From a bacterium (GTDB taxonomy: Bacteria; Patescibacteriota; Minisyncoccia; UBA6257; HR35), in the NCBI GenBank assembly GCA_041640295.1, contig JBEQAR010000002.1:38101-102100 (forward strand): DNA of 64,000 nt, given 5' to 3'. Shown here in pieces: positions 19,676 through 29,599 of this stretch. A program made the position numbers and the translations under genes. The notes below the pieces were generated by a model that was not told where the DNA came from, searched no databases, and saw only the letters and a list, made by a program, of their open reading frames with translations. Position 1 is the stretch's first letter; each line of letters begins with the position of its first letter.

Positions 19676-22600
19676 ATGGAGAACTTCAATCGGATAGAAG
19701 AAAAAATAATCAAATTTTGGCAAGCTCATAATATTTTTCAGCTAAGCGTAGAAAAAAATAAAAATAATAAACCATTTGTTTTTGTTGAAGGACCACCCTT
19801 TGCAAACGATAAACCTCATATCGGTCATTTTTTAACTCGAATCTACAAAGATGTTATTTTAAGATTTAAAAATATGTTAGGTTATTATGTAGAAAGAGTA
19901 GCCGGGTGGGATACTCATGGTTTACCTATTGAGGTGGCAACAGAAAAATTTTTAAACTTATCAAATAAAAAAGAAGTAATTAATTATGGAATAGATAGGT
20001 TTAATAATATATGCCGAGAATTAGTGATGAAATATAAAAAGGACTGGGAAGATTTTGATAAAAGAATTGGTTTTTGGATAGATCATCAGAGATCATATAT
20101 TACTTATGAACCTCATTATATGGAAAGTTGTTGGTGGTTAATAAAAAAAATTTATGATCAAGGCTTTTTAAAAGAAGAATATCGAGTTTTTCCTTACTGT
20201 CCAAGGTGTGAAACAGTATTATCTCAAGCAGAAGTAGGTCAAGTAGATGCTTATAAAAAGGTTTTAGATCCAGATTTATATGTTAAATTCCCTATTAAGA
20301 ATAAGGAAAATGAATATTTTTTGGTTTGGACAACTACTCCTTGGACATTAATTTCTAACTTAGCTTTAGCTATCAATCCTAATTTTAACTATAGCCTTTA
20401 TCAATTGGCTGATGAAAAATATTGGGCAGTTGAAAATTTAGCTGATAAGTTATCAAAATTGACTAATAAAGAAATTAAAGTTATTGAAACTATATCAGGC
20501 GAAAAATTAATTGGACAAGAATATCAACCATTATTTTCATTAACTAAATTAGAAAATTTTGATAATTGTTATAAAATCTATCCGGCAGATTTTGTTAGCC
20601 AAGAAGAAGGAACTGGAATTGTTCATATTGCTCCGGCTTTCGGTGAAGAAGATTTTGAATTAGCAAAAAAATTTAATTTACCTATTTTTAATCCTATTAA
20701 TGTTAATGGTAAATTTAATTCTGATGAACCCGAGCCAATTATAGATAAAATTAATAATCTTTTCTTTAAAGAAGCTAATCCAATTATCGTTGATGAACTC
20801 AAACAAAGGAATTTAGTTTTTTATATTAAGCTTAATGGTTATGAACATGATTACCCACATTGTTGGCGATGTAAAAATCCTTTAATTTATTATGCTACTC
20901 AAAATTGGGTTATTAGGGTAAGTCGCTTTAATCAAAAATTAATCCAGCTAAATAAAAAAATAAGATGGTTTCCTCCGGAAGTTGGTAGCGGTAGATTCTA
21001 TGAATGGTTAAAAGAAGGTAAAGATTGGAACTTATCACGAACTAGATTTTGGGGAATTCCTTTGCCAATTTGGAGATGTGATCGTTGTGGTTCTACCGAA
21101 ATAATTTCTAATTTACAAGAATTAGCTAATAAATTTAAATCGCAAAATAGATATTATTTAATGAGACACGGCGAAGCAGTAAGTAATGTTAAAAAAATTT
21201 TGTCCTCATATCCAGAATTATTTTTTAATCCCTTGACTAATAGAGGTGTTAAACAAGTTAAAGATAATTTAAAGAAAATAAAAAAATTAAATTTAGATTT
21301 AATCGTTACTTCACCGCTTTTAAGAGCTAAACAAACTGCTGAAATTATTGCTCAAGAATTACATTTACCCATTGTTATCGATTTTGATTTAAGAGAAATT
21401 GATTTTGGTGAATTTAATGGTAAAAAAGAAGAAACATATAATCAACTGATTAAAGATCAATATAATCAATATTTTACTAAACCCACTGGAGGAGAAAATT
21501 TAACTGAAGTTAAAAGACGAATGATTAAGGTTATTTTAGAATTAGAGAAAAAATATGAAAAACGGAATATTTTGATTATTTCACACCAAGATCCTCTTTG
21601 GGCATTATTGGGAGAAATGCATGGATTATCAATTAATCAAACAATTAGCAGAAAAGATTTTATTTTAAATCCAGGCGAGATTAAAGAAGGAAAATTTTTA
21701 GTCTTACCTCGTGATGCTGATGGTGAGATAAATATCCATCGCCCATATATTGATCAGTTTCAGTGGCAATGTAAATGCGGTGGTCTTAAAAGCCGAGTAG
21801 AAGAAATTATTGATATTTGGTTTGATTCAGGCGCTGCACCTTTTGCTTCCAGACATTATCCCTTCGAAAATAGAAAAGAAATTGATGAAAATAAAATTTA
21901 TCCAGTTGATTTCATTGTCGAAGGAATTGATCAAACAAGAGGTTGGTTCTATACCTTATTGGTTTTAGGTTATTTAATTAAAAAAGATATCTCATATAAA
22001 AATGTTGTTTCGTTAGGTTTAGTTTTAGATCAAGAAGGCAAAAAAATGTCTAAATCTTTAGGGAATGTAGTCAATCCCTTAGAAGCTATTGAAAAATGGA
22101 GTAGTGATTTGCTTAGATTTTATTTTTATTATGTTAATAGTTCTGCCGATAATAAAAAATACGACGAAAAATCAATCAATGCTTTGAAAGCAAATTATTT
22201 TAATCTGGTTTTTAATATTTTAAATTTTTATCGGATATATTATGATCCAGAAAAAAATAAATTGAAGAATATAAAAAGTGATAATATTTTAGATCAATGG
22301 TTCGATATTAGACTTCGTTCAGCTTATTATAATGTTTTTTATTATTTAGAAAATTACAATCCAAATAAAGCTAGTCGCGAGCTTTATGATTTGATTAATG
22401 ATTTTTCTCACTGGTGGTTAAGAAGAAGTAGAAAAAGATTTCAAAAGCCTCAAAATAAAAAAGAAAAACTAATTGCCTTATTAAAACTTGAAGATTATCT
22501 TTTAGATTTTTCTATTATCTCTGCTCCGCTTCATCCAATTTTTAGTGAATATTTATACCAAGAATTAAGAAATGAAGTTAGAAACAGAAGGAAAACTCAT

Positions 22601-23188
22601 TTAAGTGTTCATTTAGAAAAACTCTCCCCACCATCCAAAATTAAAACTAAAGAAGAAATTATTTTAAAAACAATGAGTCATATTAGAGAAATAGTTTCCT
22701 CGATAATGATGTTAAGAAAAACTAATAATATCAAGACTCGTCAGCCTTTATTAGATTGTTATTTAGCAGAAAAAATCCCAATGGAGTATTTAGAACTTAT
22801 TAAAGATGAGACAAATATTAAAAATATTTATATAGGTGAACCTAAAAATAAAGAAAATTATTTAGAAGCCCAAGAACCAATTTTAATTTGGTTAAACAAA
22901 AATATCACTAATGAACTCAAGGAAGAGGGTATTGTTAATGATTTTATTAGGTATATACAGGATGGAAGACAAGATTTAAAACTAACTCCTTCGCGTCAAA
23001 TTAATATTTATCTAAAATTACCTGATAATCTTAAAAAAATCATAAAAGAACATCAAAAACGACTTAAATACGAAACAAATGCTAAAAAGATAGAATTTAT
23101 TAAACCTAAGAAATTTCATTTGGAAAAAGAATTTACCTATGAAACTTTTGGTAAAGTGATAATCTGGTTAGATTTAAATTTAAGTTAA
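19676..23188 (+). CDS. ileS: Isoleucyl-tRNA synthetase with inserted histidine-phosphatase domain
   Basis: HIGH, GWDTHGLP, WTTTPWT, DQTRGWFY and KMSKS motifs; extra RHG domain at about 21140-21700. Confidence 0.95.
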   Translation: MENFNRIEEKIIKFWQAHNIFQLSVEKNKNNKPFVFVEGPPFANDKPHIGHFLTRIYKDVILRFKNMLGYYVERVAGWDTHGLPIEVATEKFLNLSNKKEVINYGIDRFNNICRELVMKYKKDWEDFDKRIGFWIDHQRSYITYEPHYMESCWWLIKKIYDQGFLKEEYRVFPYCPRCETVLSQAEVGQVDAYKKVLDPDLYVKFPIKNKENEYFLVWTTTPWTLISNLALAINPNFNYSLYQLADEKYWAVENLADKLSKLTNKEIKVIETISGEKLIGQEYQPLFSLTKLENFDNCYKIYPADFVSQEEGTGIVHIAPAFGEEDFELAKKFNLPIFNPINVNGKFNSDEPEPIIDKINNLFFKEANPIIVDELKQRNLVFYIKLNGYEHDYPHCWRCKNPLIYYATQNWVIRVSRFNQKLIQLNKKIRWFPPEVGSGRFYEWLKEGKDWNLSRTRFWGIPLPIWRCDRCGSTEIISNLQELANKFKSQNRYYLMRHGEAVSNVKKILSSYPELFFNPLTNRGVKQVKDNLKKIKKLNLDLIVTSPLLRAKQTAEIIAQELHLPIVIDFDLREIDFGEFNGKKEETYNQLIKDQYNQYFTKPTGGENLTEVKRRMIKVILELEKKYEKRNILIISHQDPLWALLGEMHGLSINQTISRKDFILNPGEIKEGKFLVLPRDADGEINIHRPYIDQFQWQCKCGGLKSRVEEIIDIWFDSGAAPFASRHYPFENRKEIDENKIYPVDFIVEGIDQTRGWFYTLLVLGYLIKKDISYKNVVSLGLVLDQEGKKMSKSLGNVVNPLEAIEKWSSDLLRFYFYYVNSSADNKKYDEKSINALKANYFNLVFNILNFYRIYYDPEKNKLKNIKSDNILDQWFDIRLRSAYYNVFYYLENYNPNKASRELYDLINDFSHWWLRRSRKRFQKPQNKKEKLIALLKLEDYLLDFSIISAPLHPIFSEYLYQELRNEVRNRRKTHLSVHLEKLSPPSKIKTKEEIILKTMSHIREIVSSIMMLRKTNNIKTRQPLLDCYLAEKIPMEYLELIKDETNIKNIYIGEPKNKENYLEAQEPILIWLNKNITNELKEEGIVNDFIRYIQDGRQDLKLTPSRQINIYLKLPDNLKKIIKEHQKRLKYETNAKKIEFIKPKKFHLEKEFTYETFGKVIIWLDLNLS

Positions 23189-24211
23189 GTAAAATTTTCC
23201 CTCGCGATTTTTGATAATTCCTTTAATTTCCATATAACTTAAAATAACTAAAAGCTCTTGAATAGCTATTTTTGTTTCTTTATTTAATTCCTCAATTGTT
23301 TTTTCCTTGATTTTTAAGCTATCATAAATTAATTCTTCTTGTGGAGCCAGCTTTAAATTTTTTAACTTTCTATTAACTTGATAGTCAAAGTTAAATTCAG
23401 TTAAAATATCTTCTATGTTAGTTATTAGTTTAGCTCCCTGCTTGATTAAATTATGGCTACCTTCAAAATTTTTATTAGTAATTTCTCCTGGAATAACAAA
23501 AATATCTTTCCCATACTTTAAACCATAATTAGCCGTTATCAGAGCGCCGGATTGAATTGGCGCTTCAATAATAATCACCCCATCACTAAGACCAGCGATA
23601 ATTCTATTTCTTAATGGGAAATGATATGGCAAAGGTGGAGTAGTGGGAGAAAATTCTGAAATAATTAAACCATCATTTTCAATTATTTTTTCGATAATTT
23701 TTCTTTTAGTTGTTTGAAGAGCAAAAACAATACCTTCACCCAAGATAGCAATTGTTTTGCCAGGATTTTTCAGTGTTGCTTTATGGGCAGCAAGATCGAT
23801 ACCATAAGCTAAACCACTAATAATACTTATACCTAATTCTGATAATTGTTGACTAAATCGCGAAGCGATCCTTAAACCGTACTCTGAAGCTTTTCTCGTA
23901 CCCACAATCGCTAAAGTTAGTTGACTATTTTTAATTATTTCTTTATTACCCAATAAATAAATTCCCAATGGTGGTGTATCAATATTTTTCAATTTTTCTG
24001 GATAATCAATATTGCTTAAAGTTAAAATTTCTATTCCAAATTGTTTTAATAATTTTTCTTCTTCTTCAAAGTTGAATTCCTCAAATTTATTTTCATTTTT
24101 TAAATAATTATAAAGAGTTTCAAAATTGCCAAATTTATGATATAATTTAATTATCTTAGGTTGATAAGGTTTAAAAATTTTATTGATAACATTAAAATAA
24201 ACCTCCTCCAT
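23180..24211 (-). CDS. dprA: DNA-processing protein DprA
   Basis: AIVGTRK, SGLAYGID, FPLRNRIIAGLS, SGALITA. Confidence 0.96.
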   Translation of the reverse strand: MEEVYFNVINKIFKPYQPKIIKLYHKFGNFETLYNYLKNENKFEEFNFEEEEKLLKQFGIEILTLSNIDYPEKLKNIDTPPLGIYLLGNKEIIKNSQLTLAIVGTRKASEYGLRIASRFSQQLSELGISIISGLAYGIDLAAHKATLKNPGKTIAILGEGIVFALQTTKRKIIEKIIENDGLIISEFSPTTPPLPYHFPLRNRIIAGLSDGVIIIEAPIQSGALITANYGLKYGKDIFVIPGEITNKNFEGSHNLIKQGAKLITNIEDILTEFNFDYQVNRKLKNLKLAPQEELIYDSLKIKEKTIEELNKETKIAIQELLVILSYMEIKGIIKNREGKFYLT

Positions 24212-24236
24212 TTTTTATTTTTGATTAAATTATAAA

Positions 24237-24566
24237 ATGATTCAATTATTTTGGGCAATTGATTTTGTTGGTATATTTTTATCAAGATTAATTATTGCTT
24301 TTATATTTTTTGATTTTTTTGTTAAGTATCTTAAGATAGATAAAATTCTTGCTTTTATTTATCTAATTTCCGCTCTTCTTATTTTTTTAGGCTTATATAG
24401 TTCAATTGTTGCTATTAGTTGGATAATTATATTTATTTTGAAATTGTTTAACGAAAAACAAATTAATAGTCTATACTTAAGTTTAATTTCTTATTTAATT
24501 CTTCTTCTTTCAGTTGGTCCAGGTAAATTAAGTTTAGACAGATTTTTTGATATTAGATATTTTTAA
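24237..24566 (+). CDS. DoxX-like membrane protein
   Basis: Four TM segments; GPGKLSLD motif. Confidence 0.7.
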   Translation: MIQLFWAIDFVGIFLSRLIIAFIFFDFFVKYLKIDKILAFIYLISALLIFLGLYSSIVAISWIIIFILKLFNEKQINSLYLSLISYLILLLSVGPGKLSLDRFFDIRYF

Positions 24567-24567
24567 A

Positions 24568-26475
24568 ATGAGCTATAAAGCAGAGGACATTCAAGTTTTA
24601 GAAGGTATTGAGGCAGTTCGAAAAAGACCAGGAATGTATATTGGAGGTACGGGCAAAGATGGTCTTCACCATTTAGTTTATGAAATTGTTTCTAATGCTA
24701 TTGATGAAAGTTTAGCAGGTTATGCTAAAAATATAGAAGTAAAAATTCTTAAAAATAATAAAATTTCAGTTTCTGATGATGGTCGTGGAATTCCGGTTGA
24801 TATTCATCCAAAAACAAAGAAATCAGCTTTAGAGACAGTGTTAACTTACCTTCATGCTGGAGGTAAATTTTCTCAAAAACTTTATAAAGTTTCTGGTGGT
24901 CTTCATGGAGTAGGTCTTTCTGTTGTGAATGCTTTAAGTAAATATTTAAAAGCAGTTGTTCATCGTGATGGTTTCGAATGGGTACAAGAATATGAACGGG
25001 GTATACCTAAGTTTCCATTAAAAAAGATTAGACCATCAAAAAGAACAGGTACCACAATTATTTTTGAACCAGATAATAAAATTTTTTCTGAAATTAATTT
25101 TGATCGTAATATAATTTTGGATTATTTAAGACATCAAAGTTATTTAACTCCCGGTTTAAGAATTAATTTTTATGACGAACGCGATGAATTTGCTTATGGT
25201 TTTTATTTTGATGGTGGTTTAGTGAGTTTTTTGAATCATCTAACTAAATTTAAAAAAGTTGTTAATCCCCATCATATATTTGGAAAAATTGTTGATGAAG
25301 ATAAAGAATTTGAGTTTTGTTTTAATTATTTAGAAACTCCAGAAATAAAAGAGTTAGCTTTTACTAATAATATTCTTAATCCCGAAGGTGGTACTCATCT
25401 TATTGGTTTTAGAAATGCTTTAGTTAGAATTTTTAATGATTTAGGAAAAGAATTCAATGTTTTAAAAAATAATAAAAGTTTAATTACTGAAGATATTCGA
25501 GGGGGATTAGTGTTAATTATTTCTTTAAAAATTCCTGAACCACAATTTGAAGGTCAAACCAAGGCTAAATTAGGTAATCCGGAGATAAAAAATTTTGTTG
25601 AAGGTAGAGTGGTTAATTATTTAAGAGAGTATTTTGGTAAATTTCCCGAAGAAGCTAAAAATATTCTTAATAGATTAACAATCAATTTAGAAGTTAGAGA
25701 AGCTGAAAAATCTAGTAGAGAGTCAGTGTTTAAAAAAAGAATTTCGGTTTCTTTAATGCTTTCTGGAAAATTAGCCGACTGCTCTTCTAAAGATTTTTCT
25801 AAAAGAGAATTATTTATTGTTGAAGGTGATAGTGCGGGTGGAAGTGCAAAACAAGCTAGAGATAGAAATATTCAAGCTGTTTTACCCCTAAAGGGAAAAA
25901 TTTTAAATGTTGAAAAATCTAATTTAATTAAAATTTTAAAATCAAAAGAGGTTAAAGATTTAATCACCGCCCTTGGTACTGGCATTGGTAAAGATTTTAA
26001 TTTAAATAATTTAAGGTATTCTAAAATAATTATTGCTACTGATGCAGATTCTGATGGTAATCATATTAGAACTCTTCTTTTAACTCTTTTTTATAGGTTT
26101 TTCAAGCCATTAATTGAAGAAGGCTATATTTATATTGCCCAACCACCGCTTTATAAAATTCAAATTGGTAAAGAAATTTATTATGCTTATAGTGATGAAG
26201 ATAAAGAGAAAATTATTAATGATTATCAAAAGAAGAAAGGTAAAAAAATTTTAGATAATTTAAATGTTCAAAGATATAAAGGATTAGGCGAAATGAATCC
26301 AGAAGAATTATGGGAAACAACTCTTGATCCTAGCCGAAGGCTGTTAAAAAAAATTACCCTAAAAGATGCTGAAAAAGCTGATGAATTGTTTTCAATTTTA
26401 ATGGGTAGCGAAGTCGAACCAAGAAAAAAATTTATTGAAGTATATGCTCAAGAAGTCAAAGACCTTGATATCTGA
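24568..26475 (+). CDS. gyrB: DNA gyrase subunit B
   Basis: VRKRPGMYIG, GGLHGVG, VEGDSAGG, RYKGLGEM. Confidence 0.95.
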   Translation: MSYKAEDIQVLEGIEAVRKRPGMYIGGTGKDGLHHLVYEIVSNAIDESLAGYAKNIEVKILKNNKISVSDDGRGIPVDIHPKTKKSALETVLTYLHAGGKFSQKLYKVSGGLHGVGLSVVNALSKYLKAVVHRDGFEWVQEYERGIPKFPLKKIRPSKRTGTTIIFEPDNKIFSEINFDRNIILDYLRHQSYLTPGLRINFYDERDEFAYGFYFDGGLVSFLNHLTKFKKVVNPHHIFGKIVDEDKEFEFCFNYLETPEIKELAFTNNILNPEGGTHLIGFRNALVRIFNDLGKEFNVLKNNKSLITEDIRGGLVLIISLKIPEPQFEGQTKAKLGNPEIKNFVEGRVVNYLREYFGKFPEEAKNILNRLTINLEVREAEKSSRESVFKKRISVSLMLSGKLADCSSKDFSKRELFIVEGDSAGGSAKQARDRNIQAVLPLKGKILNVEKSNLIKILKSKEVKDLITALGTGIGKDFNLNNLRYSKIIIATDADSDGNHIRTLLLTLFYRFFKPLIEEGYIYIAQPPLYKIQIGKEIYYAYSDEDKEKIINDYQKKKGKKILDNLNVQRYKGLGEMNPEELWETTLDPSRRLLKKITLKDAEKADELFSILMGSEVEPRKKFIEVYAQEVKDLDI

Positions 26476-27025
26476 AAATTTTTTATTATTTTTGGCTTTA
26501 GTCTTTACAAGTATTTTCTTTTATTTAACTTTTTTAAATTATAATTTTTTAATTATTTTATTTATTTTGTTATTATTTTTTAATTTTTATTATCTCAGAG
26601 GTTTAAATGTTATTTTCTTCTCTTTAATTAGCCCTCTACCTTTTTATTTTTTAGCCATTTTAGTGAAAATTAACCCCTTGATCATTATTCCGCTTTGGGT
26701 TATTTATTATTTTCTTCTTTTAAAAAATAATTATTTAGCTATTATTGGTCTTTTCTTTTTTATTATGATTAATGTTTTTTTCTTGTTTGATCACTTAAGC
26801 TTATTTTTTGTTTTTTTGATCTTTTTTATTTTAGTATGGTTAATTTTCTACTTGCCACTTAAAAATAACTATTTCCAAAGTTTAATTAAAACTTCACTTT
26901 TGGGCCAATTTTTATGGTTAAGTTATTTTTTACCAGCCAATTTTTATGTTAGTCTTTTAATTATGTTTATAGCTTTTATTTATTTTGCTAAAGTAAATTT
27001 CTTAATAGCTAAAGAAACAATTTGA
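26444..27025 (+). CDS. Hypothetical polytopic membrane protein
   Basis: Highly hydrophobic ORF overlapping the gyrB end. Confidence 0.6.
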   Translation: MLKKSKTLISENFLLFLALVFTSIFFYLTFLNYNFLIILFILLLFFNFYYLRGLNVIFFSLISPLPFYFLAILVKINPLIIIPLWVIYYFLLLKNNYLAIIGLFFFIMINVFFLFDHLSLFFVFLIFFILVWLIFYLPLKNNYFQSLIKTSLLGQFLWLSYFLPANFYVSLLIMFIAFIYFAKVNFLIAKETI

Positions 27026-27062
27026 TAAATTTAATTAAAATCTTTATGTTATAATAATATTA

Positions 27063-27389
27063 ATGCTTAATATTGAAGAAATAAAAAATAAACTTTTAAA
27101 AGAAAAGGAAGAAATTAAATTAATCTTGGAAGAATTGAACAAAGAAATGATGGTAATTAAAGAAAGTCAAGAATATGAGTATTCCGGAGTTTCTGAAATA
27201 TTCGAAGAAAAACAAGATATCCATGTTAAGAAAGAATTTTTAAGTTCACGACTAGAGGCGATAGAAAAAGCATTAAATAAAATTAATAATAATACTTTCG
27301 GTTTATGTTTAGAATGCGGAAAGCCAATTGAAGAACAAAGAATTCATCTCGATCCTACTATTGAATATTGTCGAAAACATTCTCGTTAG
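27063..27389 (+). CDS. TraR/DksA C4-type zinc finger protein
   Basis: Coiled coil plus FGLCLECGKPI..RI...P...YCRKH. Confidence 0.88.
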   Translation: MLNIEEIKNKLLKEKEEIKLILEELNKEMMVIKESQEYEYSGVSEIFEEKQDIHVKKEFLSSRLEAIEKALNKINNNTFGLCLECGKPIEEQRIHLDPTIEYCRKHSR

Positions 27390-27399
27390 TAAGAGCAAA

Positions 27400-27831
27400 T
27401 TATTTTCTATAATAAATAATTATTTTATCTACCTGAGGGGAGCTTAAGTCTTCACAACTACCTAAAAAAACCCGATATTTGAAATAACGGATACTTTTAT
27501 GTGGATGGTCCTGATTAAACAAGAAAAATGTAAATGGTTGAATATCGATGTAATTATTAGAAAAATTTTCTCCATAAAAAATCCATGGTCCAGATGTCGA
27601 ATTAGCACTAGCTATTTGGAAGCCAACAAAATGTTTTTCTGTTTTTTCTCCTTGCCAACTTATTTTAGTTAAATTATAACTACTTCCCAAATCAAAAATT
27701 GGTGATTCAAGATAGCCTGAAATAACAGCATTATCTAAATTGCATACTTCTTCAGAAAAAACACTATTAAAGAATAACAAAACACTAAGGACGAAAACTA
27801 AAAAAATTTTTAATTTTTTGGAACCAGCCAT
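27400..27831 (-). CDS. Secreted hypothetical beta-sandwich protein
   Basis: Signal peptide; SGYLESPIFD...RYFKYRVFL pattern. Confidence 0.6.
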   Translation of the reverse strand: MAGSKKLKIFLVFVLSVLLFFNSVFSEEVCNLDNAVISGYLESPIFDLGSSYNLTKISWQGEKTEKHFVGFQIASANSTSGPWIFYGENFSNNYIDIQPFTFFLFNQDHPHKSIRYFKYRVFLGSCEDLSSPQVDKIIIYYRK

Positions 27832-28924
27832 ATTCTTTGTTAATTACTTCTTTATTTAAAAGCGCACATCCTACCGAGGCTGAATATTTTAAAATATCGT
27901 CATCTTTTTCAAAAATATCATAAATATTTTTTGGTAATTTAATTTGAATATCAAATATATTTTTTAGTAAATTATCAAAATTTAAAATTTTAGCAAAGCT
28001 CCCTACAGCAATTATTCCTCCAGGAAGACGAAAAGAAGATTTTATTTCTTTTAAATAACTTTTCAAGCCACTTTTTTCTACATATTCTTTAATTTTCTTT
28101 TCAATGAATTTTTTCACCTTAGACTTTTTTTTACTATCTTTATCTAAGTAGTTGTTAAAAAAATCTAATTTTAATTTTTCCGCCTCTTCTAAATCTATTT
28201 TTAAATAAAGGGCTAAATCTTCTGTTAATTTTTCACCACCAAAATCAAATGAATGATAATTAATTAATTTCCCGCGCTGAAAAACTGCTAAGGTAGTATT
28301 TTCTGCACCTAAATCTAAAAGAATTGTTCCAATTTCTTTATCTCTTTTAGTTAAACATACTTTACTGGCTGCATAAAAAGCAGGGTAAAAAACTACTTTA
28401 TTAATCTTTAATTCATTCAAAATATTGCTAAACTTATTGATAATTGATTTATGGCAAGTAATAAAAAAAACTTCAACATCTAATCTTCTACCACTAAAAC
28501 CAAGCGGATCTCTGATTTCTTGATGTCCATCTAAAAAAAATTTTATTGGTTCTTCTACTAATATTTCTTGGTTATTGATAAGTAAAGAAGTTCTAGCTGT
28601 TTTTATAGCTCTTTCAATGTCTTCTTCTTTAATATTTCCTTCAAAGATAGAATGTCCCTTCTGAAGATAACTTTGGAAATAAGAAAAATTAAAACACACT
28701 CCAAGGTTGTTGATTTTGGAAATATTAAAACTTGATAGAGTATTATCAAAAAGATTAGCCAAACTATTAATTAAATCATCTGTTTCTAAAATTTCTCCCT
28801 TTTTTAAATATTCATTCTTAATACTGTGATTATAACTAATTAATTTACCAGAAATATCTTCTTCAAGAATACTTAATTTAATTTCATAATGACCTAAATC
28901 TAAGCCAAAATATAACTCCTTCAT
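27785..28924 (-). CDS. ftsA: Cell division protein FtsA
   Basis: GLDLG, RDPLGFSGRRL, LDLGAENT, GGEKLTEDL. Confidence 0.9.
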   Translation of the reverse strand: MKELYFGLDLGHYEIKLSILEEDISGKLISYNHSIKNEYLKKGEILETDDLINSLANLFDNTLSSFNISKINNLGVCFNFSYFQSYLQKGHSIFEGNIKEEDIERAIKTARTSLLINNQEILVEEPIKFFLDGHQEIRDPLGFSGRRLDVEVFFITCHKSIINKFSNILNELKINKVVFYPAFYAASKVCLTKRDKEIGTILLDLGAENTTLAVFQRGKLINYHSFDFGGEKLTEDLALYLKIDLEEAEKLKLDFFNNYLDKDSKKKSKVKKFIEKKIKEYVEKSGLKSYLKEIKSSFRLPGGIIAVGSFAKILNFDNLLKNIFDIQIKLPKNIYDIFEKDDDILKYSASVGCALLNKEVINKEYGWFQKIKNFFSFRP

Positions 28925-29193
28925 CCTTCATATTTGATTTCGTTAATATATCGTTTAGCCATATCTAAAGCTTTTTCTAAACTCCAACCTTCTTTTAATT
29001 TCTGTTCAATAAAAGCTTTAATTTTTAGTCTATATAATCGATACTCAAACTTCCTTCTCTCATTCCATTTTCTTGTTTTATACATTCGTTTTTTTACTTC
29101 ATTAGCAATTCCACTTTTTTGATAACGACTACTAAATCTTTTTAATAACTGCAAATTGCTTTCCCCTTTATGTTTTTTTGCCTTAATTCTCAT
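28921..29193 (-). CDS. rpsU: 30S ribosomal protein bS21 with C-terminal extension
   Basis: GES...LLKRF...SGI..EVKKRMY.T.K..ERR pattern. Confidence 0.75.
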   Translation of the reverse strand: MRIKAKKHKGESNLQLLKRFSSRYQKSGIANEVKKRMYKTRKWNERRKFEYRLYRLKIKAFIEQKLKEGWSLEKALDMAKRYINEIKYEG

Positions 29194-29593
29194 TTTTTAA
29201 TAATTGATAAATTTCCTCAACAGATTGTGAGGGAGGATTATAGACTACTGAATGAATTGATCCGCCTTTATCATTAATAAATCGAGGAATAATATGAAAA
29301 TGAAGATGATCAATTAATCGACCAGCTAATTTACCTTCATTAATTCCAATAGTAAAATCTTTTGTTTTTAATTTTTCTGATATTCTTAAAATTGTCTTTT
29401 TTAAAATGGAAATAAGCTTTTCCGCTGATGCTTCTGGTAAATCAACAAAATTAGGGATATGTTTTTTTGGAATCACTAAAGAGTGTCCTGGAGCATGAGG
29501 TTTAATATCTAAAAAACATATAAAGTCTTCATTTTCTTCAATAATAAAAGCTGGTAAATTTTTATTCGCTATTTTACAAAAAATACAATCCAT
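29183..29593 (-). CDS. HIT family hydrolase
   Basis: CIFCKI and HLHFHII. Confidence 0.95.
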   Translation of the reverse strand: MDCIFCKIANKNLPAFIIEENEDFICFLDIKPHAPGHSLVIPKKHIPNFVDLPEASAEKLISILKKTILRISEKLKTKDFTIGINEGKLAGRLIDHLHFHIIPRFINDKGGSIHSVVYNPPSQSVEEIYQLLKNEN

Positions 29594-29599
29594 TATATA

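Noticed and set aside
21140-21700. IleRS phosphatase insert as a second repeat-bounded element
   Set aside because: No inverted or tandem repeats are visible at its borders and composition matches the host gene; it looks like an old domain fusion.
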